A stretch of DNA of 64,000 nucleotides from Marsupella aquatica (lineage: Eukaryota > Plantae > Marchantiophyta). This document shows, piece by piece, positions 50,106 to 61,397 of the stretch. A program made the translations under genes and the position numbers. The notes under the pieces were generated by a model. That model searched no databases and was not told the origin of the DNA. It saw nothing but the letters and a program-made list of their open reading frames with translations. The stretch covers positions 14,263,934-14,327,933 of the forward strand of contig OZ316899.1 in the NCBI GenBank assembly GCA_973895155.1, in the 5' to 3' direction. Position 1 is the stretch's first letter, and each line of letters starts with the position of its first letter.

Positions 50106-53100
50106 ACCCTATTGCCAATTTTTGGTCATATTTTAGTTTAAGTTGGCATATTTCATAGTTGAATTATCATCTTGACAATTTTTATGGACGGTAGCTAGTA
50201 GGTTCAGTTGCTTGCATGGATCCCCGCATGGATCAAGTTAGCTTGCTTGGGTTCATTACTAGTCAGTTAATATTGGCTACTTGTATCGATCAAGGTAGTT
50301 TGCATTAGTAGGGTTTGTTGCTAGTCAATTGATAACTGGCAGGACTGGCTTGTATTGATCAAGGTAATAGCTTGGTTGGAATTGTTACTTGTGACATAAA
50401 CCGTGCTCTTGACCAGGCCCCAACGTACGGGGATGCTTGAATGTACGGATCAAGTTAGCTTGGTAAGATCAAGAAAACCTATGTGGTTGCTCTTCCCAAG
50501 CCTCTTCCATTTAAGGACATGTTTGGGCAGTAAGATTGTACTAGTACTATCCTTTTGTATACAAGGATACACTATCAATGGGGGTATGACATGATCGGTG
50601 TGGAGAGCTTACACTATGGAGACTCAGACAGTATGGCCAACGGGCTTAATTAGAGTTCAATATAACTCTATTGTGTGTAGCTTCGAGGAGGTGAACCATG
50701 TATGTAGCTCTTGTGTCGATCACTTGAGCGTTCATGAGGAAGTTGGGGTGATGATTATTCATCAAATAATCATCTATGAAATTGACTGTGCGGGGTACGA
50801 TATTGATCAAGTAATGTGTCATTGCTTGTTACATGATGACATGTCATTGTTGAATTTACAATGATTATTCATTGATTCATTGCTTTGTATTTTTTCCAAA
50901 TTGATTCATCAATTATCCATTGTATGATGAAGACTACTTCAATTTCAAAATAATAAACAATGAGTTTGCAGTGATTCATCATTGGTCTAGCATGTTAGAT
51001 TATCAATATATCAATGCCACATTAGTGTGTAGTCATTGTGTTTTCATTGTGTAAAAACTATATTTTCATGGAAGGATCATTCTTGTTTCATTGCTTATTC
51101 ATTATCACTTCATTGACAAATCATTGTCATTTCATCATGAACCTATATGATTAATCCATTGTCATTTAGTCACTATTGATTCAATCCCATTTCATTTAGA
51201 TTTATCCGTCATCACGATTTCCATGAAATTGTATCATGAGTTCATCATCTGTTAAATTGTCATTTCAGTGTCATTTCATTGTGACATTGGTCATCATTTG
51301 GTCCTCATTAAACAACTGTGTTTTTGTAGTTGGTTTGTTGATAGTTCAACGTTGTTTTCATATATCAGTGTGATTTATTTGTCATTTTTCATTATAGAAT
51401 CCTTGTCAGTTCCTCGTTGAATCATTTCATTAGCATTTCAATATGATTTTATCATTTTCATTTCCTTGTATTTTCATTGTCATTTCATCAATCTCCCTTA
51501 AGCTCATCAATGTTGTTGACTCAGATGATTTGTTGTTGATGCCTCACAAGCATCAATGAAGAGATGATTTTTGGGGGGTAGCCCAATTTATCCAAATTGA
51601 ATACACTTTCGCAACCTATTTCTATTTAGATGTTTCCAATGAACTTTTGATCAAGATGCAAACAAAATTTTAGCTCTGTAGTCAAATATTCGCCTCCATA
51701 TTAAAGGTCGACGCTGGATGAATTCCAATCATAATTACAGTTTGTCCTAGAGAATCACAAGAGAACTTTCCTAATTTAAGATTAACTTGGGCTAGTCCAA
51801 AGCTCCAAATCTCAAGAGATGACTTGTTTTTCTATTTGCCAACCAAGGGTTACTTTAGTCATCCTGCACAAGGAGATGTCAGATGTCCACTTGTCATCCA
51901 CATTGATCTGAGATTCCTACCTCTAGCTCAAGGGTCCAATATTCCAAAGCTTGCAGAACTAACTTAAAATCAGTATGTCCAGATTTTGAGTTCCGCCTGC
52001 TAAGAAAGAACTCACCCTTCCTCCTGCAACATATATTCACATATGTGTCGTAATCCCGGAAATTTTGTTCCAATGAGCTCTACCTCCGAGTTAGATGCAT
52101 CTTCCTGTGATTGGACATGCCAGTAAACCCCAGTGAGATAAGACACAGCTGCCCTAAACTTCCATTGGATCAAGTCAATTCACAACGGTGCACTGACAAC
52201 GGCGGCAGGGAGACAACCTACAAGAGAGACCTACAGCCATGAAGACTGGGCCCCAAAGTCATTGTGCAACACCACTATGGAAAAGTTTTTTACTACACCA
52301 CTATGGAAAAGTTTTTTATGTCCATGTTTGCCAGCAAGGTTCATCAATTGTTTTACGATATATCTTTTTATTAAGATTATGTATAAAAGACGTGCTAACA
52401 GTAAAATGCCACAGTACGTTAACAAGTGACCTTATTGTGGCTTTGCACAAAAAATACTGACGGAGTTTCAAACCTTACCTGCACATCCCTTCTCCTGTCA
52501 ACATTACAAAGTAAGTTGATGAAGAGATGACCAGTAAATTCATGAGGCCCTAGCGGCATGGCTGCTGGTTGAGCTTCAGGACATCTCCAGGCGGGTGTTT
52601 TGGTTTATTGCCAGGCTGAAGAAAAGTATGGGATCGGGACCTCCGAATGGTGTCCACTTCAAATAGATCCCCTCTATGCCAGAGATGCACAATCGATCTT
52701 ACTATAAAAGTGCCAACTGAAGTCTACCCTCTAGAGCCTAGGTCTAGGGTGAAGCCTATAGAACGTAACTCCATGGTCATCATGTGCATGGAAAAACTCA
52801 TGCGCATGGGAAAAATTCATGACTATGATGTATGTCAACTGGTGCAAGGTTTTTTGTGATAATTTTTAAGTATTTACATTCATAAAATGGGCACTATGGC
52901 CCCACCACAACATATGTGCATGGAAAGAAGGATGTGGATACAAAGACGGATGTGCACAGAAAGGTGAATGGTATATTATATATGACTATTAAAATGATGG
53001 GTTTTTTTATCATTTCATTAATCTTCAAAGAATATGAATAGAGAATATATTTTGGTAACACTTTTATTATCTTCTCCTCTATTCACTTTCAAAGAACGGG

Positions 53101-56006
53101 TAATTGGGGCTAGTGACATCAAAATCTCCAACATTGATATCCCTAATTGTACCTCACACCACTACAATGTCATCTACAATCTAGGTATTTGCAACAATAA
53201 TTTGAAGAATAATCTAGTATCATGGAAACGTAAATTGAAGTTGCTATTGGATTAAGAAGGTTGCGCATTATTTTGCATATAAAGTCATGATTAATTTTAA
53301 GATTCTTGAAAATTCTAGTTCTTGGTCTAAACCCTAAATCCAGCCACGCTCGTCCATTACCGTCCAACAATACACTCCCATTGTTGACATAAGTGAATAC
53401 ATTTGATACTTGTTCTTAATTTCCAGTTCATCCTATTGTGACCGTGCAAACCCTTTTCGATGACAGGCCAGATTAATGTCACACCTTATCTGCGTTATTA
53501 AATTAGTTACCCTAATAATGTTGCCCTTAATCGCCCTTAATTAATTCAAAACTAGCAACAATACTATTACTTGCAATGTAAAACAACATTCAACATAACC
53601 ACACGGCAATGCAAGAAACACACATTCAAACCTCCTGGATATGAAAAGTCGTTCAAGCTTGCCAGTTCTTCACCAACTCGAAGCTTCCATCCTGGTTTTT
53701 GTTGTCTTCTTTTGTTTCTCATGCATCCACATGAGAAACACCAACTCTGAATTACTTTGGCACTGAAGATGGTGAAACTGATAATACTCGCATGGTTTTA
53801 TCTTTGTATTTACAAATCCATCAGGGTTTCACATAAAGAAGTTAAATTTAACAAAGTTACCAGTGTGGCAATATACGAAAACCATCATAGCATGTTTGTA
53901 TATACTAAAACAACCCAGGCGGACTCAGACTGGTGTGCCGACTCGGATAATTATTATCCCGGGGTTTAGGGTACGAATTGCACGGAACCCCATGAATTTA
54001 TGATTTAGGGTGGGAAATGGCAGTAGATGATGCACGGAATAGAGATTGTGGAGATGCACAAAACCCCGTTGGCGGTTGGCCCGTTGAACCACGGAGAGTA
54101 TGTACTCTGTAGTGTTCACGGAGAGTATGTACTCTATAGAGTCATAGAGTGGAGAAGGAGGCCAGAGTGCAACTGGAGGAGTAAGTATTATTATTGACCA
54201 TTGGCTGAACTATTGTACTACCGTAGAACTTTAAGTTTCTCCGCATACTATTCTGCGCATACTATTTGGGTACCGTCTACAAACACTCGTTAGTTCTTGT
54301 TAGGTATAGAATTATACAGTATACTATCATCAATGGCTCCCTCTATCTTTATTCTCTCCAACTCACTTTCAATGTGTTTGTTTTTTCTTCTTTTTTCATC
54401 TTTCTCTTTTTTAATTTCTGTTTTCCTATGGGTGAGAGATGGGTCACCTGTGACACTCTTTCCAAGGTGCTTAACTAGTATGTGGGTCCAAACTCAATTC
54501 TTTCACGTAAATTATATAGCCAAATTACATTCAGAGTAGTGTTGTAAATTTGTATTAAATTTATGTGCATTAAATTAAAATATATAAGAATGACATCAAA
54601 GCTCATCTACAATAACAAGAGTATGCCATAAGAAAAATGATGGCTTGGATTGAGCCATTAGTTATAACTATCTGTAATTTGATCTTGGGCAACTTAGTTT
54701 GAAGATTCAGTTTGTTAATAAATACTAGTAAAAGAAATTTCTCATCATTATCCTAATATCATGGCAAGTGGATTCCAAGCTCTTTTCTTTGCATACTTTC
54801 CTCACAAAAATACAAGGCCTATACTCTGTCCCCCCAACCAGGTTTTAGTTTTTGCATAGGCAAGGGTAGTTTGGGTACATGATACCTTCAAGAATGTAAT
54901 CCATGATGACATCCTATTATGTGCTAATTGTTATTAAGAACGAAAGGCAAGATCGAGGCTAATCAATGCCATTAGCCTTTATTAACCCAGTACGTGACTG
55001 CCTGCTGCCCAGTATTTCTAACGTTACATGGTTTACATGGTTTTAATTAATTGTTTACATGGTTGTGAATTATTACCATGTCAGATATAAAATTGGAAGA
55101 TCAAAGAGGACAATAAAGTTGTGTGAAAGCTTCAAGTTGTACCAGATGTGCGTTCCGAACTTGGTGTCACTCTCTAATTAGTCAATTTGGCCCCGGCGCT
55201 GAGAGAACCACAAAACAAGTTGTTAGAGGAAGAGTTTACACATGTTTTTGATGTAGAGAGATATTAGATGAATTCTTTATCATGATGTATCACTCACTTC
55301 AAGATAACTCCTGGTTTTTCATCAATACTTGAAAAATGTCATTAGTCATATCTGAAACATGACTTTCATCCGCGTAATCGAGCGTAGAATATTTCAACAG
55401 TTTACTTTAACACTTCATCTACTACTACTACCCTTTGGTCATGGGCCTGGTATTTGAGAGTTTGCAAAAGGGAATTTCTTGCAACAGTAGTAGCATTGTT
55501 GTTGTTGTTCACAATACTACCCCTACGGTAGCGATATAATAATGTTGTATGCACTAACAAAGGTGGGGGCCGGTTTAGGGTCATTATTATGATGACACTC
55601 ACCAGTACAGCCGTCGGCCCATTGAATTGCGATGGACCGTCTTTCCAAATAAGGGCAAATGAGTCTGACAAGGGTAATTAACGATAGGTTGCATTGATTA
55701 GTCCTGCCGCCAGCTGCCAGGCACAGTTATGTAATGTCAGGCTCAAGCTGCATTTGCCATCACCAGGTCCGAGGCGTGGTTGTGAAGCGTCTCACTTGGC
55801 CGGGCAGGACATGTTAACTAAAATAAACCAATGAGCGTCGATCAAAAGCTACCTCGCGGGCCTATTATTGTATTGAGTTAGTAAAGCCTGTACACCATGA
55901 GGGCACAAGTGAAAAAATACAGAGGAATTGGGGGGAGAGATGACCAACAAAATTAGGGGTAACAAATGTTTTTGGGTTTTTTGGGTATAGTAGTGGGGAT
56001 GGTTCA

Positions 56007-56147
56007 GTCTGCCATAGCTCCCGGATTACAAGCTAGTCGGGGGTACGAAGGGAATTATGGTTGCGTCTGCCGTAGCTCTCGGATGACAAGCTAGTCGGGG
56101 TGTAAAGGGAATGGTTGGCGTCTGCCATTGCTCTCGGATGACAAGCT
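56007..56147 (+). repeat. Three tandem copies (55-58 bp period) of GTCTGCCRTWGCTCYCGGATKACAAGCT upstream of the ORF
   Basis: Read directly. Confidence 0.85.
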
Positions 56148-56279
56148 GGCGCCCCCCTCAGTCTCATCCGAGAAAAAGTGGTTGTGGGTGCAATTATATC
56201 ATCATGCTTGATTGGAGCTGAATGATCTTTTTGGCCACATATAACTACCCAGCCCGTCCATTCGCTAGCAGACATTACG

Positions 56280-59200
56280 ATGACGTTCCGGTGCGATGGG
56301 TGTCCTGGAATGGAGTTTGTTATTGTTTCTCAAAGAGCCGCTCATAGGAGAGTAGTTCATCAGTTGTTTTGCAGTGTCGTTGAGGCCGATGGCACGAGAT
56401 CTTTAGTCTACATATCCGTAGCTCATGATTGGCCGTGCCCTCACCGTTCTTGCTTGTCTCGCTTACGTCGACCGGAGTGCTTGCAGAACCATTATGCCAG
56501 AGAACACATCCAAGGGACAACCCATAGTCGTGTATCGGTCCCAACAGGCGATTTGGGTGATTCGGTTCCCAGTAATGAAAGTCCTCGGGTGGCGACAATC
56601 TCAGAATTTGTGGACACCCCAGATGTGTTAAGTCGAGAAAATTTGTCTATGGTGAAGTACAAGGGCATGGCATTGCTCTTGTGTGTTACCTGAAATGTTA
56701 TCCTGGATGGTTCCAGCGTGGGGACGGTTTGCAGGCATGTCTGGAAGGATTTTGCGCCCCTCTATAGGAATGGGGGAAGAAGCTTATGGAGCCAACAAGA
56801 TGAGCGATAGCTATCGACGGCCATCGCGAGGATGCAATTAACCCCCCCCAATGCAGTGTGGGATCATTGTATTCAAGGATTAGTCTCCCCAGTCCCCGAT
56901 ATCGTTGTCCGTAGAGGCTACTCGTGCCCCTTTTGCACTACCTACCACAGCGCAAGTAAGAAGACTATGCGTAATCACACGATACGAGTGCATCCCAAAG
57001 TTACCGATATGACCATGCGTTGCAGTAGTAGTGTTCAATGTCTTGTTCAAGGTGTCGGGAAGAAGTACTTTGCAGTTCAATGTCCAGCCGACCGAGCCCG
57101 AGGTAGCAACCAAAGCCTGAAGTCTGCCCTGTCCAAGGCAATTCTTGAGATGGAGCGGATGCTCCCGCACAGAACGATCCTCCCCCTCGAGAGCTATCCA
57201 CGTGGCTCGAACCACTGGATGGGTGAAGGTTGCGGCATGACTCATACTAGAGAATTCAATGTACAACGATATCAGTGGTCCCATGCGTTTGGCTTGCCGG
57301 GAAGGTTCCCCATATGCACGGGTCCCGGATGTTGTGCTCTCGTATGCCACGCTTGTGCAAAAAGTCTTGGTCGAGGCAGATTTCAGAGTGAGGACCTTGG
57401 TTGTGAGTCCTGACTCTCCACAAGGATTCACCGAGTTCCTCCAGGAGTCCACGATAGAGAAGTATTGCTCGGTCATGACAAATTTCCTGTTCACTTTATT
57501 GCTCTCTGCATGTGATCCTCCAGGCTCCCATGTGCTCCTCGTTGTGAAGGCTCCCGACCGCTTGAAGGTCCTTCTCCAAGCCCTAAAGATCCAGTTGGAG
57601 TCCCTTCCAGAGGGTCCCAAAGACCCGGACCACTTTGACTACACTGTCCTACACGACCTGTTGCTCGGTTTGTGGACCCCCCCACATCCGACAAAGGTGG
57701 TAGCCCAAAAATTGACAGACAATTATTTTTTGCAGTTTTTGATCCTGTCCTTGCTCAAAGCGTGCGCGCTCTCCACTGGTTATGCATGAAAGGAATCCAC
57801 AGATGTCACCCCAATGCTGTCAATGATGAAATTCTGGTGCCGAGCGGCAATCAAAATGGAGTTATGTCGCACTCTTTGGAATCGAGCGGCAGCGGATGAC
57901 CTGGATGTCGAAGATGCGAGAGCAATTCTGGCGTACGTGGAGGATAAACCTAGGCTAATAGAGACACCATTCGGCTACATTTCTTCTTGGCAAACCCTTA
58001 TCTGCTCGCTCGTCGGCAAAAAGCCGAAAAGACCGGATCTCATTGCATCAAAGCCCGGTTACACAGAATGCAAAGTGAACGGTTACCCGACCACACTGGA
58101 CGGCTATAGAGAAATGGTGATGGCGGTGATTAGTGAATGCACCGTCCTCATGCGGGAACAAGTTCTGTTGGGTCTGGACATGGATTGGTTGGAGCGACTG
58201 TTGGTACCCGGGGGTAGCGTAATTGTGGACGAGCTCAACAAAGATAGGAACGAATACTCGTTCCTCACTGAAGAAAGAAACCCGTTCCATGAGCACTGGC
58301 ACAATTTGCACCAGCATCTGTTCTCCGATGACATGAGATCATCACATTTTGTCCATCGCTACAACGAGAATGGCATCCAGATGTGGAACAAGAAGGCCTT
58401 ACACGAATGGTTGGCCGTCGCCAATAGATTGAACGACCGGCTCACTTGGCTGCTGCATTTTACATCGGGTCAGCCAGCTAGGGCAGCGGAGTACGGCAGT
58501 TTCTTGATCCGCAACACGACAACCAACCAATAGACGTTCCTGTGGGCAGAAGGGACCTTGGTGATACACCAAACATATAACAAAATGTGTGGTCGGAGAC
58601 GCTCGAAGCACATCGTTTGGTTCTTACCCCTATGTTTGAGGCTAGCCTTCCTCCAGTACCTTACCGTGGTGAGGCCTGTGCAAGTGTTTGTTGCGAGTCA
58701 ATTGTGGGGTGGAGAGAAAGCAGCGGTGTACGCGGATTGTTGGTTTGTTGAAACCGGAAAAAGGCGTTCAACACGGCATGTGAGTGCAGGTGTGGAGAGG
58801 GAGTTCCTGAAACGATTTATGGCCCTGTTTGGGATTAGGCCTCATTGGCACATTATAACGTTCTTTTCCGAGCCCATTTGGTTCCATCTGCAGATATCAC
58901 TGGCTAATGAGCGGCTGGATGCATTTGCAGGCCATTCGGTGTCCACCGCTGGCCATAACTATGCACAGGAATAGCCAAGATTTAAGAGTTGTTGATTGAC
59001 ATGAGTGGAGGAACTTTAGGTTTGTCGCAAAGAAGCTTCCTTGTTTACTGCGGCTGCCCACAGACCTTAGGAGACACCCGAAGGCCGAGGCCGAGCCTGA
59101 GCCTGAGCCTGAGCTGCAGCCAGGCACAGAAGTGGTCCGGCCTCACCCAGGTGTGGAAGTTGAGTTCGCTCCGTCCTCAAAGCAAATCCGGATCCTGCAC

Positions 59201-61070
59201 AGATGTGATGATGGATCAAACACCAATCACGGCAATGAACTAGAGGGCCTAGACCCTGCTGTGATGTATGAAGCATGGATTGCACTTTTCAGCCTTGGTC
59301 ACAGGGATTGGAAGACGCGTGAGCAGGCAATTGCAGTCGCCACGGCGGTGGACAACATGCAGAATTTTGTAGCCATCCTACCCACGGGTTCCGGGAAATC
59401 GGCTGTTTTCATGGCAGCCGCTCGGAGTAGCAGAAAGACGGTGGTTGTCGTCGTTCCTCTGTATGTGTTGATCCACACTCAGCTGGCGGAGTGCAAGGCC
59501 CCAGGTTTTGATTGTCCGGAGTTCAGGGTGAGCTGTATCCCTGTGGCAAAGGCGTCTCCGCTTGTGTTTGTCCCTGTCAAGATTGCCATCCAAGAGAGTT
59601 TCCAAAGTTGGGCCAGACAACTCATTTGCGCCAGCAAATTGCATTCAATCATCATAGACGAAGTGCATCAGGTGTTGTGTCCCTACCATCAAAATCCATG
59701 GCACAGCTTCTCTGGCTTTCCCGACTTCATTGTCAGCTGATTGGATTGACGGCCTCTCTACCGCCCCGCAAGGAAGCGGCATTATGGTGGAAGTTGGGAA
59801 GTCCATGGAAGGTGATTCGGTCCTGTACATCACGACCCAACCTCAAGTACATAGTTGTGGACGATGAGGCCCGACTGGATTTGAAAATCGTGGAACTTCT
59901 ACATGATTGGATGGCCGTCGCCGGCACAGAGGACAGAGCCCTGGTATACACTATGACGAAGAATGAAGCTGTGGATTTGGATCAAACTCTGCAACAACAT
60001 CATGTCCAAAGCTGCTTCTTAACCTCCGACATTGTGAAGGCAGATAGACTTAGCAAGCTACAAAGTTGGGAGGCGGGCACGCCTAAAGTCATGGTGGCAA
60101 CCTCAGTGATCTCCTACGGATATAACTATCCTAGCATTTGCTTGGTCATGCATCGGGGAGGCTTTTATGGGTTGGAAGAGTACCACCAAGAGTCGGGCAG
60201 ATGTGGACGAGACGGCCGGCCCGGAGTGTGCGTGGTGGTTTTGCACAAGGACTATCGTGCCTGGGCGTTGTCCGCGCCATCCGTGCAAATCGAAGGAGTC
60301 AACTAGGAGAGCATGAAGATTGCGCACCAATGGATTGCGAACAGTACCATTTGTCGGCGATACAACCTTCACCTTGAGATGGACGGGAAGGCACAGGTTT
60401 GTGCCCTGCTCCCTGGCGGCTTGGCATGCGACATGTGCCTGGAAGCCACGGCTACCACGCCAAGCCAAAGTGGAGGCAATCGCCCACTCACACACAAGGC
60501 CAGACGGAGCAGCTGTTCAGGATGTATATATTCCGAGACTGGAAAGCGTAAGGATAGAGGCAAACATGCGCAATGATATCATCGATCTCAATTATGTTTG
60601 TCGGCATGGGGGTGATGGGAGGCGATGTCTACTGTGTTGGGAGGACTTGCATAGCCCTGCAAATCATGGAAATAAGGGAGTGTGGCGTAATGAGAGGGTT
60701 ATGCCTGCGGTGTCTGTCCAATCGCCATCGGGTTTCCAATTGTAATGTGAAGAGTCAAGAACGTCATAATAATGCTTGCTTCAAGTGCTTCTTTCCGTTT
60801 GATCAAATCGGCCAAACCCAGGTGCACAAGTGGGAATCCGAGAGCAGCACCTGCAACGATCTGTCCGGAGAGAGGATACAAATTCTAATCTGGCATGCAT
60901 ATAGGAATGACAACTCGTGCAGATGACTCAGGCAGCTGTTTCTTGACATGCCATTGGATGACCGTAAATTTGAGCCTTGGCTACTATCAAAGGCCACGGA
61001 GAGAATGCTGAACAATTTTGTGCGTGTGGCGGCCGCTGTGATGAGGATGAAACCATCATTGGAAGAATGA
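56280..61070 (+). pseudogene. C2H2 / DUF3505-like + tyrosine-recombinase-like + RecQ-family helicase + Cys-rich tail (telomere-linked-helicase-like)
   Basis: CDGC..H..H; GYSCPFC..MRNH..H..VQCL..YFAV; HFTSGQPARAAE; YNK; FLP..YL..VRP; AGHS..HNYA; LPTGSGKS; IIIDEVH; GLTASLPP; TSRPNL; VMVATS; QESGRCGRDG; CRR..C..CDMC. Intronless, many stops and frameshifts. Confidence 0.85.
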
Positions 61071-61397
61071 AGTGAGCTTGCTCTATCCTTGTTGCAGACC
61101 AGAGACTATGTCAAATGCAAAAGAAGCTCAGTTTAGTGCAGCAGGCCTGTGTGAGACGTCTTCCCACCCTAGGAAAGCAATAGGGTGTGCTAGCTGACCA
61201 AGGTGATACACTGACCCGGCTCAAAATAGGAAAATTGTGGAAATCGATGAACCAACCTAATGCATGGCAAAGATGCCCCCACACGACTGTCGTGCAGGGT
61301 TGAGGGTGGGTAAAGGGTTTAGTGGGCGGGGTAGTCATAACCCATGCTAAACCCACGACCGTTTGTGCTTCTCACCCGTCTAAAACTTTGCCTCCCT

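Larger units (their letters stand above)
55431..61397 (+). mobile_element. Candidate tyrosine-recombinase / RecQ-helicase element inserted in (CTA)n
   Basis: Left junction CTACTACTACTA-CCCT-ttgg; right junction ttgcct-CCCT-ACTACTACT. No TIR, LTR or poly(A). One long decayed ORF inside. Confidence 0.65.

Noticed and set aside
52271-52320. CACTA terminus (CACTATGGAAAAG, tandem x2)
   Set aside because: I found no matching opposite TIR or 3-bp TSD.
50150-55130. Possible degraded gene or transposon exons
   Set aside because: Only short broken frames and AT-rich TCATT-like sequence; no recognisable motif.
56280-61070. Host RecQ gene, AcademH or Helitron
   Set aside because: Intronless and TLH-like; no DDE core, TIRs, HUH Rep or PIF1 motifs seen.
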